Both the position numbers and the translations under genes were made by a program. A DNA stretch of 64,000 nt. It comes from Candidatus Cloacimonadales bacterium. GTDB lineage: Bacteria > Cloacimonadota > Cloacimonadia > Cloacimonadales > JAFGVF01. How positions within the stretch are numbered: the stretch's first letter is position 1; the number at the start of each line of letters is the position of its first letter. The stretch covers positions 800,001-864,000 of the forward strand of contig OY762964.1 of the NCBI GenBank assembly GCA_963667035.1. Reading direction: 5' to 3'. Of this stretch, positions 19,745 through 29,454 are shown piece by piece. Below the pieces are notes generated by a model. The model was not told where the DNA came from and made no database searches. It worked only from the letters and a program-made list of their open reading frames with translations.

Positions 19745-20058
19745 GGATAAAACATCTTACCTCAACAGCAATTGTCAATCTTATATTTGATTACATGATA
19801 ATGATAGCATTCACTGCTAATGTTACTTAGCAATAGATGATAATTCTTACAACAGAGAAATAACAAGTTTGAAATTCGTTGATGTAACTTAATATAACAA
19901 TTGTCATTGTATATTATGAGTATTAAAGTGAATTGAGTTGACGAAATTCGATTACATCAAATTAATGGATAAAAGAGTGTCAAATTTTGTGAATTATGAA
20001 GTAAAAACAGATTTTTATACAATTGTTTGCCATTCATGACAAAGTAATGAGGTTTATA

Positions 20059-20280
20059 ATGCACGGAAAAGTGAAATGGTTTAATAAGAATAAAGGTTAT
20101 GGATTTGTTCAAACAGATGATAATAAAGAGTACTTTGTACACTGGAAATCAATTGTAACCCCCAATCCTTTAGACCTTAAAGTATTAGAACAGGATGAGC
20201 CTGTAGAATTTGACCTGATGCCAACAGACAAAGGCACTCAGGCAGTTAACGTGATTAGAAAGGATGTCAGTAATTATTAG
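20059..20280 (+). CDS. cold-shock protein
   Basis: GKVKWFN..KGYGFV..FVH; GAGG RBS. Confidence 0.92.
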   Translation: MHGKVKWFNKNKGYGFVQTDDNKEYFVHWKSIVTPNPLDLKVLEQDEPVEFDLMPTDKGTQAVNVIRKDVSNY

Positions 20281-20302
20281 ATTACTGAGAATAAACAATT
20301 TT

Positions 20303-20333
20303 GAGGTAAAAGTCTAGCTTTTACCTCTTTTTT
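20303..20333 (+). terminator. terminator after csp
   Basis: GAGGTAAAAG-TCTAG-CTTTTACCTC followed by T run. Confidence 0.75.
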
Positions 20334-20338
20334 CTACT

Positions 20339-22126
20339 ATGAATATTCCTTTTTTACCAATAAACAAAAGCGAGATGAAGAAGCTTGGATGGAGTCAATG
20401 CGACATCATCATCATAAGTGGCGATGCCTACATTGATCATCCCAGCTTTGCCGCAGCTATTCTTGGCAGATATTTACTTTCAAAAGGTTATAGAGTAGGT
20501 ATCATTCCTCAACCAGATTGGAAGAATCCCGATGCATTCAAGGTTTTAGGCAAACCGGAAATCTGTTTCGGTATAAGTGCCGGAAACATGGATTCAATGA
20601 TTAATCATTATACGGCTCAGAAGCGTAAACGTTCTGAAGATGCTTATTCTCCTGATGGAAAGACCGGGTTGAGACCTGACAGAGCAACAATAGTTTATAC
20701 TTCAGCATTAAAAGCAATTTATAAGGATGTACCTGTTGTAATCGGAGGGATTGAAGCTTCTTTACGAAGAATAGCTCATTACGATTATTGGTCGGATAAA
20801 ATAAGAAACTCAATCCTGTTTGATTCCAAAGCGGATATTTTAGTATACGGGATGGGTGAGAGACCTTTTCTGGAAATAGTTAACTCATTTGCTTCAGGAG
20901 TAGGAGTTGGCAATTTAAACATCAGAGGGACTGTAACAGTATCAGATTCATGTGATCCTGATAATCTGCTACCTGATTATGAAAAATGTAAGTCTCCTGA
21001 TGTGTTCTTAGAAATGCATCGTGTATTCGAAGATAAATACAGAACCAAATCCGTTTATCAGAAGTTTGGGAACAGATATTTAAAGCATAATCCACCTGCA
21101 AAGCCATTATCTAAATCAGAAATGGATGATTTATACAATTTGCCGTTTAGTCGCAAACCTCATCCGGTTTATGGAAAGGCAAGCTTCAAAGCTTTTGACC
21201 AGATAAAAGAATCGATAACTTCACACCGTGGTTGTTTTGGAGGTTGTAGTTTCTGTGCTATAGGAGCTCATCAAGGTAAGACTATCAGTTCACGCTCGAT
21301 TGATTCAGTCGTTAAAGAAGTACAAGAGATTACGGAACAATCATATTTTCATGGCACAATCTCTGACGTCGGTGGTCCTTCGGCTAATATGTATGATATG
21401 AGCTGTAGATTAGGAATAAGTCAAACCTGCAAACGGTTATCATGTCTTTATCCGGATATTTGCTCTAATCTCAATTATAGTCATAAACCTAATATTGAGT
21501 TACTCAAGGCAGTGAATAGTGTTCCCAAAGTGAAACATGTATTTGTCGCTTCCGGAATAAGATTCGATTTAGCTACGATGGACAGGAAATACACGAGGCT
21601 AATTGCTGAGAAGCATATTGGCGGTCATCTTAAACTTGCTCCGGAGCATGCTGTTGACAGTGTACTTCAAGTTATGCAGAAACCATCTTCCGAATCATAT
21701 CTCTATTTCTGTGACAAGTTTGAGCAGATTTCAAAAGAGTGTGGAAAGAAACAAATAGTGATACCTTACTTAATAGTAGGGCATCCGGGAACAACAATAA
21801 AAGATGCTGTCAGTCTTGCTTTATTCTTGAAAGAGCATAACATTAGACCTGAGCAGATTCAAGAGTTCACACCAACTCCTATGTCTGTTTCAACAACAAT
21901 GTATTATACCGGCTTGAATTACTTTTCAGGAAGACCAATACACGTTCCCAAGGGGAGAGAGATAAGACTTCAAAAGGCTTTGGCTCAATGGTTTGTTCCT
22001 CAGAACAGAAAACTTGTTCAGGAAGCTTTAAGAATAGCAGGTTTGAGTAGATTGGAAAAGGAGTTTTACGGAGCAATAAACAATCACACAAACAATGCTC
22101 CAAAAAGGCGTAGAAGAGAAAGATAG
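20339..22126 (+). CDS. ygiQ: YgiQ/UPF0313 radical SAM protein
   Basis: GDAYIDHPSF, GNMDSM, RPDRA, CFGGCSFC, LKLAPEH. Confidence 0.92.
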   Translation: MNIPFLPINKSEMKKLGWSQCDIIIISGDAYIDHPSFAAAILGRYLLSKGYRVGIIPQPDWKNPDAFKVLGKPEICFGISAGNMDSMINHYTAQKRKRSEDAYSPDGKTGLRPDRATIVYTSALKAIYKDVPVVIGGIEASLRRIAHYDYWSDKIRNSILFDSKADILVYGMGERPFLEIVNSFASGVGVGNLNIRGTVTVSDSCDPDNLLPDYEKCKSPDVFLEMHRVFEDKYRTKSVYQKFGNRYLKHNPPAKPLSKSEMDDLYNLPFSRKPHPVYGKASFKAFDQIKESITSHRGCFGGCSFCAIGAHQGKTISSRSIDSVVKEVQEITEQSYFHGTISDVGGPSANMYDMSCRLGISQTCKRLSCLYPDICSNLNYSHKPNIELLKAVNSVPKVKHVFVASGIRFDLATMDRKYTRLIAEKHIGGHLKLAPEHAVDSVLQVMQKPSSESYLYFCDKFEQISKECGKKQIVIPYLIVGHPGTTIKDAVSLALFLKEHNIRPEQIQEFTPTPMSVSTTMYYTGLNYFSGRPIHVPKGREIRLQKALAQWFVPQNRKLVQEALRIAGLSRLEKEFYGAINNHTNNAPKRRRRER

Positions 22127-22204
22127 CTCATCAATTAACAGAAAAAACTGTTTACAATCTAGTGTTTCCCTTTTTAAATGGCATAAAACTAGCGTGAGGA
22201 CTTA

Positions 22205-23704
22205 TTGTTAGATAATATCAGAAATACAGCTAAACATACAGCCGTTTATAGCATTGGTAATATAGCAATGAAGATTTTAGGATTCTTGCTTTTACCTCTT
22301 TACACGGATAAACTTCTCGTAAGTGAATTCGGTATTCTCGGATTACTGGAAGTGACTGCCATGTTTATGATAGCTGTATTGGGATTCAGAATCCCAACGG
22401 CAATGATGCGATGGTGTGCGAATGCTACAAACAAAGCTGAACAAAAGAGAGTAGTTTCAACATCAGTTTATTCTCTCTTAATTATCCTTGCAACATATCT
22501 TATTATAGCCTTCCCGCTACGCTTCACTATATCTAAACTACTGTTCCAAAGTACTAGTTATGCACCTTATCTGGCAATTCTATTCTTCTCGGTAGCAAGT
22601 GAGATTATCAATCAGATATCATTTGAGTTGATAAGATTTAAACAAAGGTCTTTTTTATATACATTTCTCATGCTTATAAGGTTCCTTACGGTTCTAGTAC
22701 TCAACATCTATTTCATAATATATAGAGGTATGGGAGTATATGGTATCATTACCGGAACATTAATTAGTAATCTCTTAATCACTGTTCTTACTATACCTTT
22801 CCTTCTTAAGAATATTGAGCTTAGCTTTGATAAGGTCATTTTTAAAGAGATGTTTACTTATAGCTATCCGCTGATTTTTACTCAAATCTCGACTATGCTA
22901 CTATCAATGTCCGACAGATATATTCTCAATCACTATCTTGATTTGGATCAAGTTGGTCTTTACACATTGGGTTATAAATTTGCTACCGTTTTAAATGTTT
23001 TCATTCTTACTTCATTCCAGATGGGTTTTTTACCTATTGCTTATAAGACTTATGATAAGCCGAATGCCGGCAGATTCTTCTCAAAGACATTAACATATCT
23101 TGTTTTCATAAGTATGATAGCTGCCTTAGGTTTATCATTTTTCTCAAGAGAAGTCATTCAGTTAATGGCAAAGAACAGCAATTATTGGGGTGCATATACA
23201 ATTATCCCACTCATAACGCTAGCTATCGTATTCAAAGGTGTTCAATGGATATTCTCTTTAGGTTTGCACTATGTAAAGAAGACGAAATATAATGCTTGGA
23301 TTGTTCTAAGCAGTGCCTTAGTGAATATAATCCTCAATTTCATTCTTATTCCGATATGGGGAATATATGGTGCGGCTATAACAACACTTATCTCAATGAT
23401 TCTAATGGCTATCCTGTTTTACAAACAAGCGGGTAGATTCTATAAAATCAAGTATGAACTTGGTAAGCTTACCATGCAGATTTTGCTTGGTATAGCTCTT
23501 TATGCACTTTCTTTAACATTCTATAATCTTTCGATGCTTCCTAATATTCTTCTAAAGCTAATATTGGTAGCGAGTTATCCTTTCATCCTTTATCTCTTTA
23601 AGTTTTATGAAGAGATTGAATTGGATAGAATGAAGGGTTTCTGGAAGAAATGGAAAAACCCTTTAACCTGGGCTTCCCACTTACCCGAACTGTTTAAAGA
23701 CTAA
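22205..23704 (+). CDS. Wzx-type flippase / polysaccharide biosynthesis protein
   Basis: Polytopic; LLPLYT, SDRYIL..VGLY, LIP.WGIYGAA. Confidence 0.85.
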   Translation: MLDNIRNTAKHTAVYSIGNIAMKILGFLLLPLYTDKLLVSEFGILGLLEVTAMFMIAVLGFRIPTAMMRWCANATNKAEQKRVVSTSVYSLLIILATYLIIAFPLRFTISKLLFQSTSYAPYLAILFFSVASEIINQISFELIRFKQRSFLYTFLMLIRFLTVLVLNIYFIIYRGMGVYGIITGTLISNLLITVLTIPFLLKNIELSFDKVIFKEMFTYSYPLIFTQISTMLLSMSDRYILNHYLDLDQVGLYTLGYKFATVLNVFILTSFQMGFLPIAYKTYDKPNAGRFFSKTLTYLVFISMIAALGLSFFSREVIQLMAKNSNYWGAYTIIPLITLAIVFKGVQWIFSLGLHYVKKTKYNAWIVLSSALVNIILNFILIPIWGIYGAAITTLISMILMAILFYKQAGRFYKIKYELGKLTMQILLGIALYALSLTFYNLSMLPNILLKLILVASYPFILYLFKFYEEIELDRMKGFWKKWKNPLTWASHLPELFKD

Positions 23705-24183
23705 TGAGAAGAAAGCCTAAAGGACATTTTTGCGAGATAAAGAAGTACAGGTTAATAACACCTTCAATTTGCAGTATCTGCGATAGAATCGGATTCTGTA
23801 AATCATTCCGTGAATACTATTATAAGAACAAAACGAAATACAGAAACTTCTGTTATGAACAAGTAGAAAAATTTCCTGATAAATACCAATTGGAGGTAGT
23901 TTTTATGGCTACAAAACAAACATTTGTTCAGATCGTGAACAAAAAAACCGGACAAATCGAAAAAATCATCAGTATGGATGATTTGAATTCAATGACACTT
24001 GAAGATAAGATTAGCATTGTAAGAGGTAAACAGTTATTCCAGATTGCTTATGAAATTGAACCTGTGATTAAGGTTGAAATGAAGAAGAAAACTGTTGTGG
24101 AAGCAATCTCTTACGAGCCTGAAGAGGTAGTGCCGGAACCTAAGAAAACAACAAAAACTCGTAAATCCACTCCTAAGAAGTAG
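23704..24183 (+). CDS. hypothetical protein (alternative start at 23905 with GGAGG RBS)
   Basis: ORF with Cys-rich N-terminus and Lys-rich tail. Confidence 0.55.
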   Translation: MRRKPKGHFCEIKKYRLITPSICSICDRIGFCKSFREYYYKNKTKYRNFCYEQVEKFPDKYQLEVVFMATKQTFVQIVNKKTGQIEKIISMDDLNSMTLEDKISIVRGKQLFQIAYEIEPVIKVEMKKKTVVEAISYEPEEVVPEPKKTTKTRKSTPKK

Positions 24184-25342
24184 GCTTGTTACATTTATTA
24201 ACAAGTCGCTTCTTTCGGTGCGACCAGAGTTCACGCTCTTTGTTGATTGCTATCGGCATCAGATTAAGGTAATCAATAGCTCTTTGAGTTATCTGTAATG
24301 CCTTTTCTATATCTTTAGCTTTATGCTCATAGTATTTTGCAAGCTCTTCCAATGCTTTAAAGTTGCTTGTAAGTATGGGTTTACTCCAGAGCTTGACTGC
24401 TTTGTCCCAGTGTCTCTGCTTTTTATAAAGGGAAGCAAGATGCAATAAAGCTTCGCAATCGGAGCAGTTCTCGTCGATGGTTTCTAATAGTTCGGTAGCT
24501 CTTTCATGCATACCGGCTGTTTCGTAGTATTTACTACTGGGGAGAATATGTTCTTCTGTATCTTTGACAAGGATGTTGCTTAAATAACTTAGAATAATTG
24601 GCATACTTAATATGTCAGTAGCATTGTGATCATGGATTTTTACTATATCCTCTGTGAATCCTGTCTCCAAATAATTGAAGTATGCCCAGGGAATTTTCCA
24701 ACCAGGTATCTCATCTTCCGGTAATCTGTTAAATCCCAATATCTCACTTTCAATTGTCTGTAACGAACAATTCATTAGTTTACCCTTCCAAAACCTTCGG
24801 ACAATATGCAGTAAATCTATTTGCTTGAAAGCTTTTACCATGTATCCGGATTGATAGTAATCATACCTTGACTGCAGTAGATTCATATCGTAGCTTTTTC
24901 CGTTATAACTGACGATTAAATCAAAGTTTCTTAAGAACTCCTTTATCTCTTCAAGTAATCTTACTTCCCCGTCAGGAGAGTTTAGAAACCATCTCCGTAT
25001 AACAAATTTACTATTCTCAAAAGCACCCAGACCTACAAGTATAGCATAAGACGCCCCTCCGGTATTCAAACCTGTTGATTCGGTATCCAGATATAGCACT
25101 TTATCAGATGGTATTGAAGTATCTATGTTCTCCTTTATTTTGATTACATCGGCAATTTCCGGTATTTCAAGCTGGGTGTTTCCCAATTTCACTCCCAAGT
25201 CATAAATAACTTCAGAGTAGTATAATGAATCGCTTATGAATCTACCGGGAATATAATTAGTTAAAGATTCTTCCGGTTTTCTGACAATCTTTTCGTCAGC
25301 TTTCTTATTCAGATTCTTGAGAATATTGTCTATACCACTCAT
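24173..25342 (-). CDS. MrfB/YprB-like RNase H-fold exonuclease with TPR C-terminus
   Basis: YLDTESTGL, SYNGKSYD, IDLLH, HNATDI; TPR-like tail; next to DUF1998 helicase. Confidence 0.88.
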   Translation of the reverse strand: MSGIDNILKNLNKKADEKIVRKPEESLTNYIPGRFISDSLYYSEVIYDLGVKLGNTQLEIPEIADVIKIKENIDTSIPSDKVLYLDTESTGLNTGGASYAILVGLGAFENSKFVIRRWFLNSPDGEVRLLEEIKEFLRNFDLIVSYNGKSYDMNLLQSRYDYYQSGYMVKAFKQIDLLHIVRRFWKGKLMNCSLQTIESEILGFNRLPEDEIPGWKIPWAYFNYLETGFTEDIVKIHDHNATDILSMPIILSYLSNILVKDTEEHILPSSKYYETAGMHERATELLETIDENCSDCEALLHLASLYKKQRHWDKAVKLWSKPILTSNFKALEELAKYYEHKAKDIEKALQITQRAIDYLNLMPIAINKERELWSHRKKRLVNKCNKPTS

Positions 25343-25343
25343 A

Positions 25344-27818
25344 CTATTTTACCAGCTCTTTCAGAATTCCCAGTACTATATCCTTTGAACCTTCTCCTTG
25401 CTCTGCAACAGGACCTACACACGCAGGGCAACCATCCGTACAAGTACATTTTTTTACATGGTTATATGCTTCTTTAAGCAACTGAGGATAGATTTCAAAC
25501 AATCTTTTACTGAGGCCTATCCCTCCATTGGCACTATCATGGAATACCAGTGCAAAGTCTTCTTGTGAAAGAGGATTGTTAGATTGGTAGTTCACTCTAA
25601 TGTCTTTGCTGTCACACATCAGATAAACAGGGGCTATATTCCTCATAAGATAGGACAATCCGGCCAGTCCGCTTTGAATAATCAATGCTCTCTCTGCATC
25701 TTTATGACATCCGGGACACAGGGTTGTGAGATTCTCAGGTTTATTAGCTTGTAATCTTGAAGGAAAGCTCTTGAAAGGTTTGATATGATGTATATCAAAT
25801 GCTTTACCAGATTCGACTAATCCACAAGCTTGGCAGGTAAACTTATCTCTTTCACGAATTATCTTCTTAAGATTTCCCCAGCCCGGTCCATAATCATTTT
25901 TATCATTATTCCATATCCCCAGATTCTTAAAATGCTCAATTGTTTCTTGTTTGAAGCCAAGCCAAAAACCGTCAGTAATAACAGTCATTGAAGGCATTTC
26001 CAAATCATGATAACTCAATATCTCGTTAGTATACCATTTCTGTCTTTTATAACCTGTTACAGTATCGGTAACCCTTATTTGTCCCGAATAAGCATTAAGC
26101 TCAACCGAGTCTTTTTCTTTATAAAGCTCCAATAGCTCGTATTCGGTTTTACTCATTACCTGAGTATAGTAGTCCGAACTAAACGGCTCTAATTTAGCTT
26201 CTTTTTTTTCAAAGTCCAGGTCATTCACAAAGTATGACTCTCCATTATGGATATAAACAGCTTCGGGGTGCACCATCCAATAAGCACTAGGCTCGTCCAC
26301 CAATCCAATAGTCTCACCTTGGGATTGAATTCTGAAGCTTCCGGTACCTGTACTTCTGAGCGAGAACGTATCAGCAGGAAACTCCTGTGCTTTCCAAAAG
26401 TATTTGTTACCTGAATTGAATATCTTACCGAGATTTTGTAGGTAGCTTAAGTATTTACTTAGGTCTTCATTATCGAGATTACCGAACTTCTCACCTTGAA
26501 TAAAAGGTTTTTCAAACAAAGCACATTGCAGATGAAACAGTAGTATATAGGGGTTATCAGGATTTATAAGCGGTTCTTCGGGATTTCTTTCAAGCAAAAA
26601 CTCGGGATGTTGAATAAAGTATTGATCCAATAATCCCGAACCGGCAACAAAGATTGTCATCGAATCGGTCGCAAGTCTACCGGCTCTACCGCTTTGTTGA
26701 GCCACTGAAGCTATACTTCCCGGATATCCGCTGATAATCACGTTATCCAGACCACCGATGTCTATACCTAATTCTAAGGCATTTGTTGCAACCACCATTT
26801 TTATCTCTTCATTTCTGAGTCGATTCTCGATTTCTCTTCTTTCAGCAGGTAAGTACCCTGCTCTGTAACCTAGAATTTCCGATCTATTATCTTCCCTGCT
26901 GAGATTTAAGTAGGAGATAAGTAACTCAACGGATCTCCTCGTGACGGTAAATACCAATGACTGTCCCGGGAAGTCATATAGGAAATTACCTATTCTTACC
27001 GTTTCCTCAATAATGTTTCTTCTGATTCCAAGCTCTTTGTTTATAATAGGTGGATTATAAAGAATGAAGTGTTTCTCTCCATGTGGTGAACCATCTTTTT
27101 CAACAATCTCAAACTCATCTTCAATCAGTTTGCTTATGAACGCATCAATACCTGAAAGTGTGGCAGATGTAATGATAAATTGAAGGTTACCGCCATAGTG
27201 CTTTACGATTCTTTTCAGTCGCCTTAACAGGTTAGCGATATGTGATCCGAATACTCCTCTGTAAATATGAACTTCGTCAATAACAACATACTTTAGTTTA
27301 GAAAAGAATCTGCTCCATTTTGTATGGTTAGGAAGGATACCAAGGTTTAGCATATCGGGATTAGACATGATAATTCCTGAAGATTCCCTCATCTTGTTTC
27401 TTTTCTCAGTAGGAGTGTCACCATCATAAACTCCCGGTTTCTCATCCAATCCCAAGTCAGTCATTAGCGAGGATAGCTTTGTGATCTGATCCTGCGCTAA
27501 AGCCTTCATGGGGAATAGGAGTAAGGAAGTGGAATCAAGTCCGTTTAGAATACTGTTTAAAATTGGTAATTGATAGCAAAGACTTTTTCCGCTTGCAACT
27601 CCCGTAGTAATAACCGTATTCTTTCCTTTAAGAATATGGTTAAGAGCTTCCGCTTGATGGGAATATAGATGCTTTATGTATCTTTTGTTTAGTAACTTAT
27701 GTAAATCCGAATGAATACTATTGGGTATATCCGCATAATCTGCAGATCTCATAGGGATATGCTTTTCTAGAACTATGTTTTTCCGGAAAGCCGGATTCTC
27801 TGTAAAGTATTCGTACAT
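25344..27818 (-). CDS. MrfA/YprA(SftH)-like DEAH helicase with DUF1998 and inserted HNH domain
   Basis: ASGKS, DEVH, SAT, TNALELGIDIG, QSGRAGR, terminal CTCTDGCPAC; insert RERDKFTCQACG..DIHHIKP..N..TLCPGCH. Confidence 0.9.
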   Translation of the reverse strand: MYEYFTENPAFRKNIVLEKHIPMRSADYADIPNSIHSDLHKLLNKRYIKHLYSHQAEALNHILKGKNTVITTGVASGKSLCYQLPILNSILNGLDSTSLLLFPMKALAQDQITKLSSLMTDLGLDEKPGVYDGDTPTEKRNKMRESSGIIMSNPDMLNLGILPNHTKWSRFFSKLKYVVIDEVHIYRGVFGSHIANLLRRLKRIVKHYGGNLQFIITSATLSGIDAFISKLIEDEFEIVEKDGSPHGEKHFILYNPPIINKELGIRRNIIEETVRIGNFLYDFPGQSLVFTVTRRSVELLISYLNLSREDNRSEILGYRAGYLPAERREIENRLRNEEIKMVVATNALELGIDIGGLDNVIISGYPGSIASVAQQSGRAGRLATDSMTIFVAGSGLLDQYFIQHPEFLLERNPEEPLINPDNPYILLFHLQCALFEKPFIQGEKFGNLDNEDLSKYLSYLQNLGKIFNSGNKYFWKAQEFPADTFSLRSTGTGSFRIQSQGETIGLVDEPSAYWMVHPEAVYIHNGESYFVNDLDFEKKEAKLEPFSSDYYTQVMSKTEYELLELYKEKDSVELNAYSGQIRVTDTVTGYKRQKWYTNEILSYHDLEMPSMTVITDGFWLGFKQETIEHFKNLGIWNNDKNDYGPGWGNLKKIIRERDKFTCQACGLVESGKAFDIHHIKPFKSFPSRLQANKPENLTTLCPGCHKDAERALIIQSGLAGLSYLMRNIAPVYLMCDSKDIRVNYQSNNPLSQEDFALVFHDSANGGIGLSKRLFEIYPQLLKEAYNHVKKCTCTDGCPACVGPVAEQGEGSKDIVLGILKELVK

Positions 27819-28011
27819 ATTTATTCCTGATAAGTATTACTTAATGCTTATATTGATTAATGGAATTGCTGTCAATTTAAATTACATATATACTCTCGGT
27901 TAGAATGAACAGATAAAACTAAATAATGTTACTTCATCAAGTGAAGGGTGTATTTTGAAAAGTCAGAATATTAAAAATCATTCCGTTTGTCCCAACAGTG
28001 CTTCTTCACAA

Positions 28012-28121
28012 TTCGCGGGACTCACACGGGAATCTCTCGGGACTCTCTCGGGAATCACTCGGGGCTTTTCCCGAGAAATTCCCGAGAGTGTCCCGAATAA
28101 GTCATGTCCAATTCCCGAGAG
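28012..28121. repeat. 11-bp-phased direct-then-inverted array (core CGGGA/TCCCG)
   Basis: CGGG at 28016, 28027, 28038, 28049, 28060; TCCCG at 28069, 28080, 28091, 28113 (28102 degenerate). Confidence 0.85.
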
Positions 28122-28375
28122 TTAAGGAATGGCGTAGATGGATGATAGAAAGTTCATAAGAATAAATGATATAATCATTGGCTCTTCTGAGACTATCAAT
28201 TGAAAAGTTATTGTTTTATTATGAGGTAGTTGAGTGTTTTAGTAAACATAAACTAAGTAGTTATAGTATATAATAAAGCGACTTATTAGAATAACCCGGA
28301 ATAATATAAAAACATATTGACATATAATTCAAATTACCAAGAATCGAATAAGCTTATTTCTGTAGGAGAGTTTTT

Positions 28376-28600
28376 TTGGATAAGAAAGAGAATTTGAAAG
28401 GTTTATGGGGAAGCATTAAAGGTAGATGTCAAATATGCGGTACTGAGCTTAACTGGAATCATAAAGATTGCTCAAGGTACATAGGGGGGTGGACAACCTT
28501 TAAAACATGGCGAAATGGGAAAGAGGAAGAGATAATCGTTTGCTGGGTATGTGATAAGGCTCACGAGCATCTGAAATCTATTTCTCAGCTATCAGGATAA
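28376..28600 (+). CDS. small Zn-binding protein (CxxC..CxxC), possibly a degenerate HNH-like fold
   Basis: GRCQICG...VCWVC; AGGAG RBS, TTG start; TTGACA at 28317. Confidence 0.6.
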   Translation: MDKKENLKGLWGSIKGRCQICGTELNWNHKDCSRYIGGWTTFKTWRNGKEEEIIVCWVCDKAHEHLKSISQLSG

Positions 28601-29372
28601 TCCCGTTCCCAATCCTGTTATCGGTATTTATATCTTTAAACATTAACGTTCTCACTAGTGGATATGTGACTATCATCCAGATACCGGCTAGAATCATACC
28701 GATAATACCCTTACCGGCTAAGGTCATAGGGGTTTTCATACCCAATAACCAAGCTATTTTACCCCATTTCCCGTAACTGTAGAATGACTCTTTGATGTGA
28801 AATCCTGCTGCGGTAACTTTTTCTTCCAACTCAGATTTAGCATAGCCGGGTCTAACATGCTCTTCGGTGAACGCTGCAGCCTCATCATAATTACTGGGAC
28901 TCGATATAATTAAAATCCCTCCTTCATTGAGACTATCATGGAAATTACCCAGAACAGCTCTATCGTCCTCTATATGCTCAAGAATATCAATAGCAATAGC
29001 AAGATCGTATTTATCTTTTGCTACGTATTCCTGAAGGTCTGCCTGCTCAACAATGAATTTGCCATTTAAATTGTTTTCAGCGTATGCTTTAAAAGACTGA
29101 ACATAATCTGTTTTAATATCAACAGCTAATACTGTAGAAGAGGGGTATTGTCTTAGGATATAGTCTGAATATTGGCAAAAGCCGGCACCTGCATCATAGA
29201 ATTTAAGCATAGTGTCTTTAACGATATATTTCTTCATCGCTTTCTTAACATACATCTGTCTTAACAATATGCAATCAAGAAAAAGATAGAAGAGCTTTCT
29301 TGTAATCGGGAAAAGCTCAATAATCATGGCAAACTTATCTTTAACAATATCGTATTTCATAATATCCTCCAC
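28578..29372 (-). CDS. class I SAM-dependent methyltransferase (start may be ATG 29360)
   Basis: YDAGAGF, DILEHIEDD, GGILIISSP, EHVRPGY. Confidence 0.85.
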   Translation of the reverse strand: MEDIMKYDIVKDKFAMIIELFPITRKLFYLFLDCILLRQMYVKKAMKKYIVKDTMLKFYDAGAGFCQYSDYILRQYPSSTVLAVDIKTDYVQSFKAYAENNLNGKFIVEQADLQEYVAKDKYDLAIAIDILEHIEDDRAVLGNFHDSLNEGGILIISSPSNYDEAAAFTEEHVRPGYAKSELEEKVTAAGFHIKESFYSYGKWGKIAWLLGMKTPMTLAGKGIIGMILAGIWMIVTYPLVRTLMFKDINTDNRIGNGIILIAEK

Positions 29373-29454
29373 TTTACAAATCCAAATAAAGATTGACTTC
29401 CTAAATGTAAATATTTTTTATGAATAATAGAAAAAAAGTACTAGAAGGGGCGGA

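Noticed and set aside
19897..19924. dif-like site upstream of xerC (TGTATATTATG at 19908-19918)
   Set aside because: Only the centre and part of one arm match E. coli dif; the other arm lacks inner symmetry; likely chance in AT-rich DNA
22179..22194. sigma54-like TGGCAT-N5-TAGC upstream of the flippase
   Set aside because: Spacing fits, but predicted start would exclude the evident GAGGA RBS and no enhancer is visible
25700..25890. Intein in the helicase
   Set aside because: No N-terminal Cys/Ser splicing block or terminal His-Asn; insert is only an HNH-sized domain
28012..28121. CRISPR or terminator reading of the phased arrays
   Set aside because: Period is only 11 bp, orientation flips midway, no poly-T tail
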